Assembly (NCBI GenBank): GCA_951406725.2 | Contig: OX597822.1 | Coordinates: 19,592,001-19,656,000, forward strand | From: Octopus vulgaris | Lineage: Eukaryota | Reading direction: 5' to 3' | Length of the DNA: 64,000 nucleotides | Shown here: piece after piece, positions 62,274 through 64,000 of the stretch | How positions within the stretch are numbered: the first letter of the stretch is position 1 | How the letters are laid out: each line of letters begins with the position of its first letter | Made by a program: the position numbers and the translations under genes | Notes under the pieces: model-generated | The model's database searches: none | What the model saw: only the letters and a program-made list of their open reading frames with translations | What the model was told of the DNA's origin: nothing

Positions 62274-62715
62274 AAATGTTTATACAGTTTTCATAAGAAA
62301 TGGTAACTGCAGCAAATGTTTTTAATCTCATTTAACAAAAAGGCATTGAGCCTGGCAGAATTGTTAGTGCTCTGAAAAAATGCTTCGCAGTATTTCTTTC
62401 AGCTCTTTATATTCTGAGTTTAAATACCACTGAGATCAACTTTGCCTTTCATCCTTTTGGGTTTGATAAAATAAAGTATCAGTCAAGTTACTAGGGTTGA
62501 TGCAATTGACCAACACCAATCCCTTAAAATTGCTGGCCTTGTGCCAAAACTCGAAACATTATTTAACAAAATTCAACTTCTGTAAATGTTCTAGAATACT
62601 TGGCTTCATGAAATATGGTTTTGTATTAGAGTAAAAAAAAGCAAGAAGATAACGGGTATAAAACCCTGATTCCAAAAGGTAACAAACTGAACAAAGAAAT
62701 ATCACCTGGCCTTAC

Positions 62716-62799
62716 CTTTTCAAGAGTGCTGAGACAAAGAAATGGATCATCACTATATGTCAGTAAGGTTTTTGAATCTCTATAACGAAGAATTGGTTC
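62716..62799 (-). CDS. PTPDC1: Penultimate exon of PTPDC1-like gene (EPILRYRDSKTLLTYSDDPFLCLSTLEK)
   Basis: ttttttaag acceptor, GTAAGG donor, 84 nt, phase 0/0; resembles recalled PTPDC1 EPVIT..ALFLLEK. Confidence 0.6.
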
Positions 62800-64000
62800 C
62801 TTAAAAAAAGACAAGATTGAAAACAAAATTTTCAAAAGTCCCAATATATGTTAGTTTGTATAATTTTAAAAGAATCTTATCTACTGTGGTCTAAGAAATA
62901 AATTTTAAATTATTATCTTATGCTTTGTAAGACTAAGTATGTGAAGAAATTAAATAACAATAATAAAAGAATGGATTATATCATAGGACAGGTGATATTT
63001 TTATATTCTTTTAAAAAACTCTATGATACTAAAACCTTTTAAAACTATTATAACTATTGCAACCTACTCACAACATATCATCTCTCTCTCATCCTTCTCC
63101 TGTATCACCATTACTGTTCTGCTGCTCCACACTCAGTCAGCTCCTAATCCCCACTACTTCTTCTAACTCCTGTGTCAGTCATCTACCATTCATAACATTT
63201 TGCCCTTCAACCTTAAGCATTTTTTACAGTGGTTGCCTATCTCCTCTCCTCTCATTCCCCCCTCTCATACTTCTCTCATACTCTCTTGGAACCTCCATCC
63301 ATTCACATTCTTAGTCCCTCTCTCCCACTCTTACTCACTTTGTACTTTAGAGGTCCACCTTGACATCATCACTATTTTCATCTCTTCTCAGCTTCACCTG
63401 GTCGTTCCTACCCTCTCATTTAAAATGTGAGAAGTCATGTGGTTCCTCTACAGCAAGAAACATGTTCTGCTCTGGCTCATACTTTTACCCCTCTTCTCCT
63501 AATGTAAAGCTGCCCCTTCATAGTTCAAAGTCTTGTAAGCAGTATGATAACCTCATTTGTGCTGGTGGCATGAAAAAAAAAAAGCACCCAGTACATACTG
63601 TAAAGTGGTTGGTATTAGGAAGGGCATTCTGCCATGGAAACCATGCCAAAGTAAACACTAGAGCATGATACATTCCTGGATCAAACTGTCCAATCCATGC
63701 CAGCATGGAACAAGGATGTTAAATGATGTTGATGATATATGTAGACTATATAAGATAATTATGGTAGACATATATTATTGCAAGACTTAAATGAATCTAA
63801 CTAACAGATATTGAATATTTGCAGCATAGTAAAAGTAAAAATGTTAAGTTTATAATCCATTCAATGTCTCTTCGTGAAAACCATGAGCTTTCGCATAATT
63901 ATCTATGCAAATCTACAATAAAATTGTGGATGTAAAACAATTAATTACATTAGCATAGAATATTATAGAAAGAAAACAGGATATTATGAGTGTTATACTT

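Overview
AT-rich, microsatellite- and transposon-dense animal DNA. The repeat content looks cephalopod/Octopus-like, which is an inference from recalled repeat families. The + strand carries most of a CCDC61 (VFL3-like centriolar coiled-coil) gene: 12 coding exons, plus one uncertain one, from 1521 to the stop at 56724; the 5' exons lie upstream of the window. The penultimate intron (51267-52974) is a U12-type AT-AC intron overlapped by U2-type sites whose use would read the U12 branch point as a premature stop. The last two exons of a convergent PTPDC1-like gene lie on the - strand (62716-62799, 58966-59235). Introns contain two RTE LINE families (one with a PHD finger inside ORF2 and a tandem pseudoknot-like 3' UTR), CR1/Jockey-like and Tx1/L1-like remnants, a decayed Penelope-like element, Tc1, DD37D, hAT, pogo and Helitron remnants, TTAA MITEs and several tRNA-derived SINE families. 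The most notable hidden signal is a set of short non-coding Penelope-like elements in microsatellites. They share an inverted 5' duplication and carry type I hammerhead ribozyme motifs with palindromic stem III and unusually long stem-II loops (8860-8991, 16395-16477, 26129-26255, 43438-43550). All calls were made by eye; no database searches or folding programs were run.
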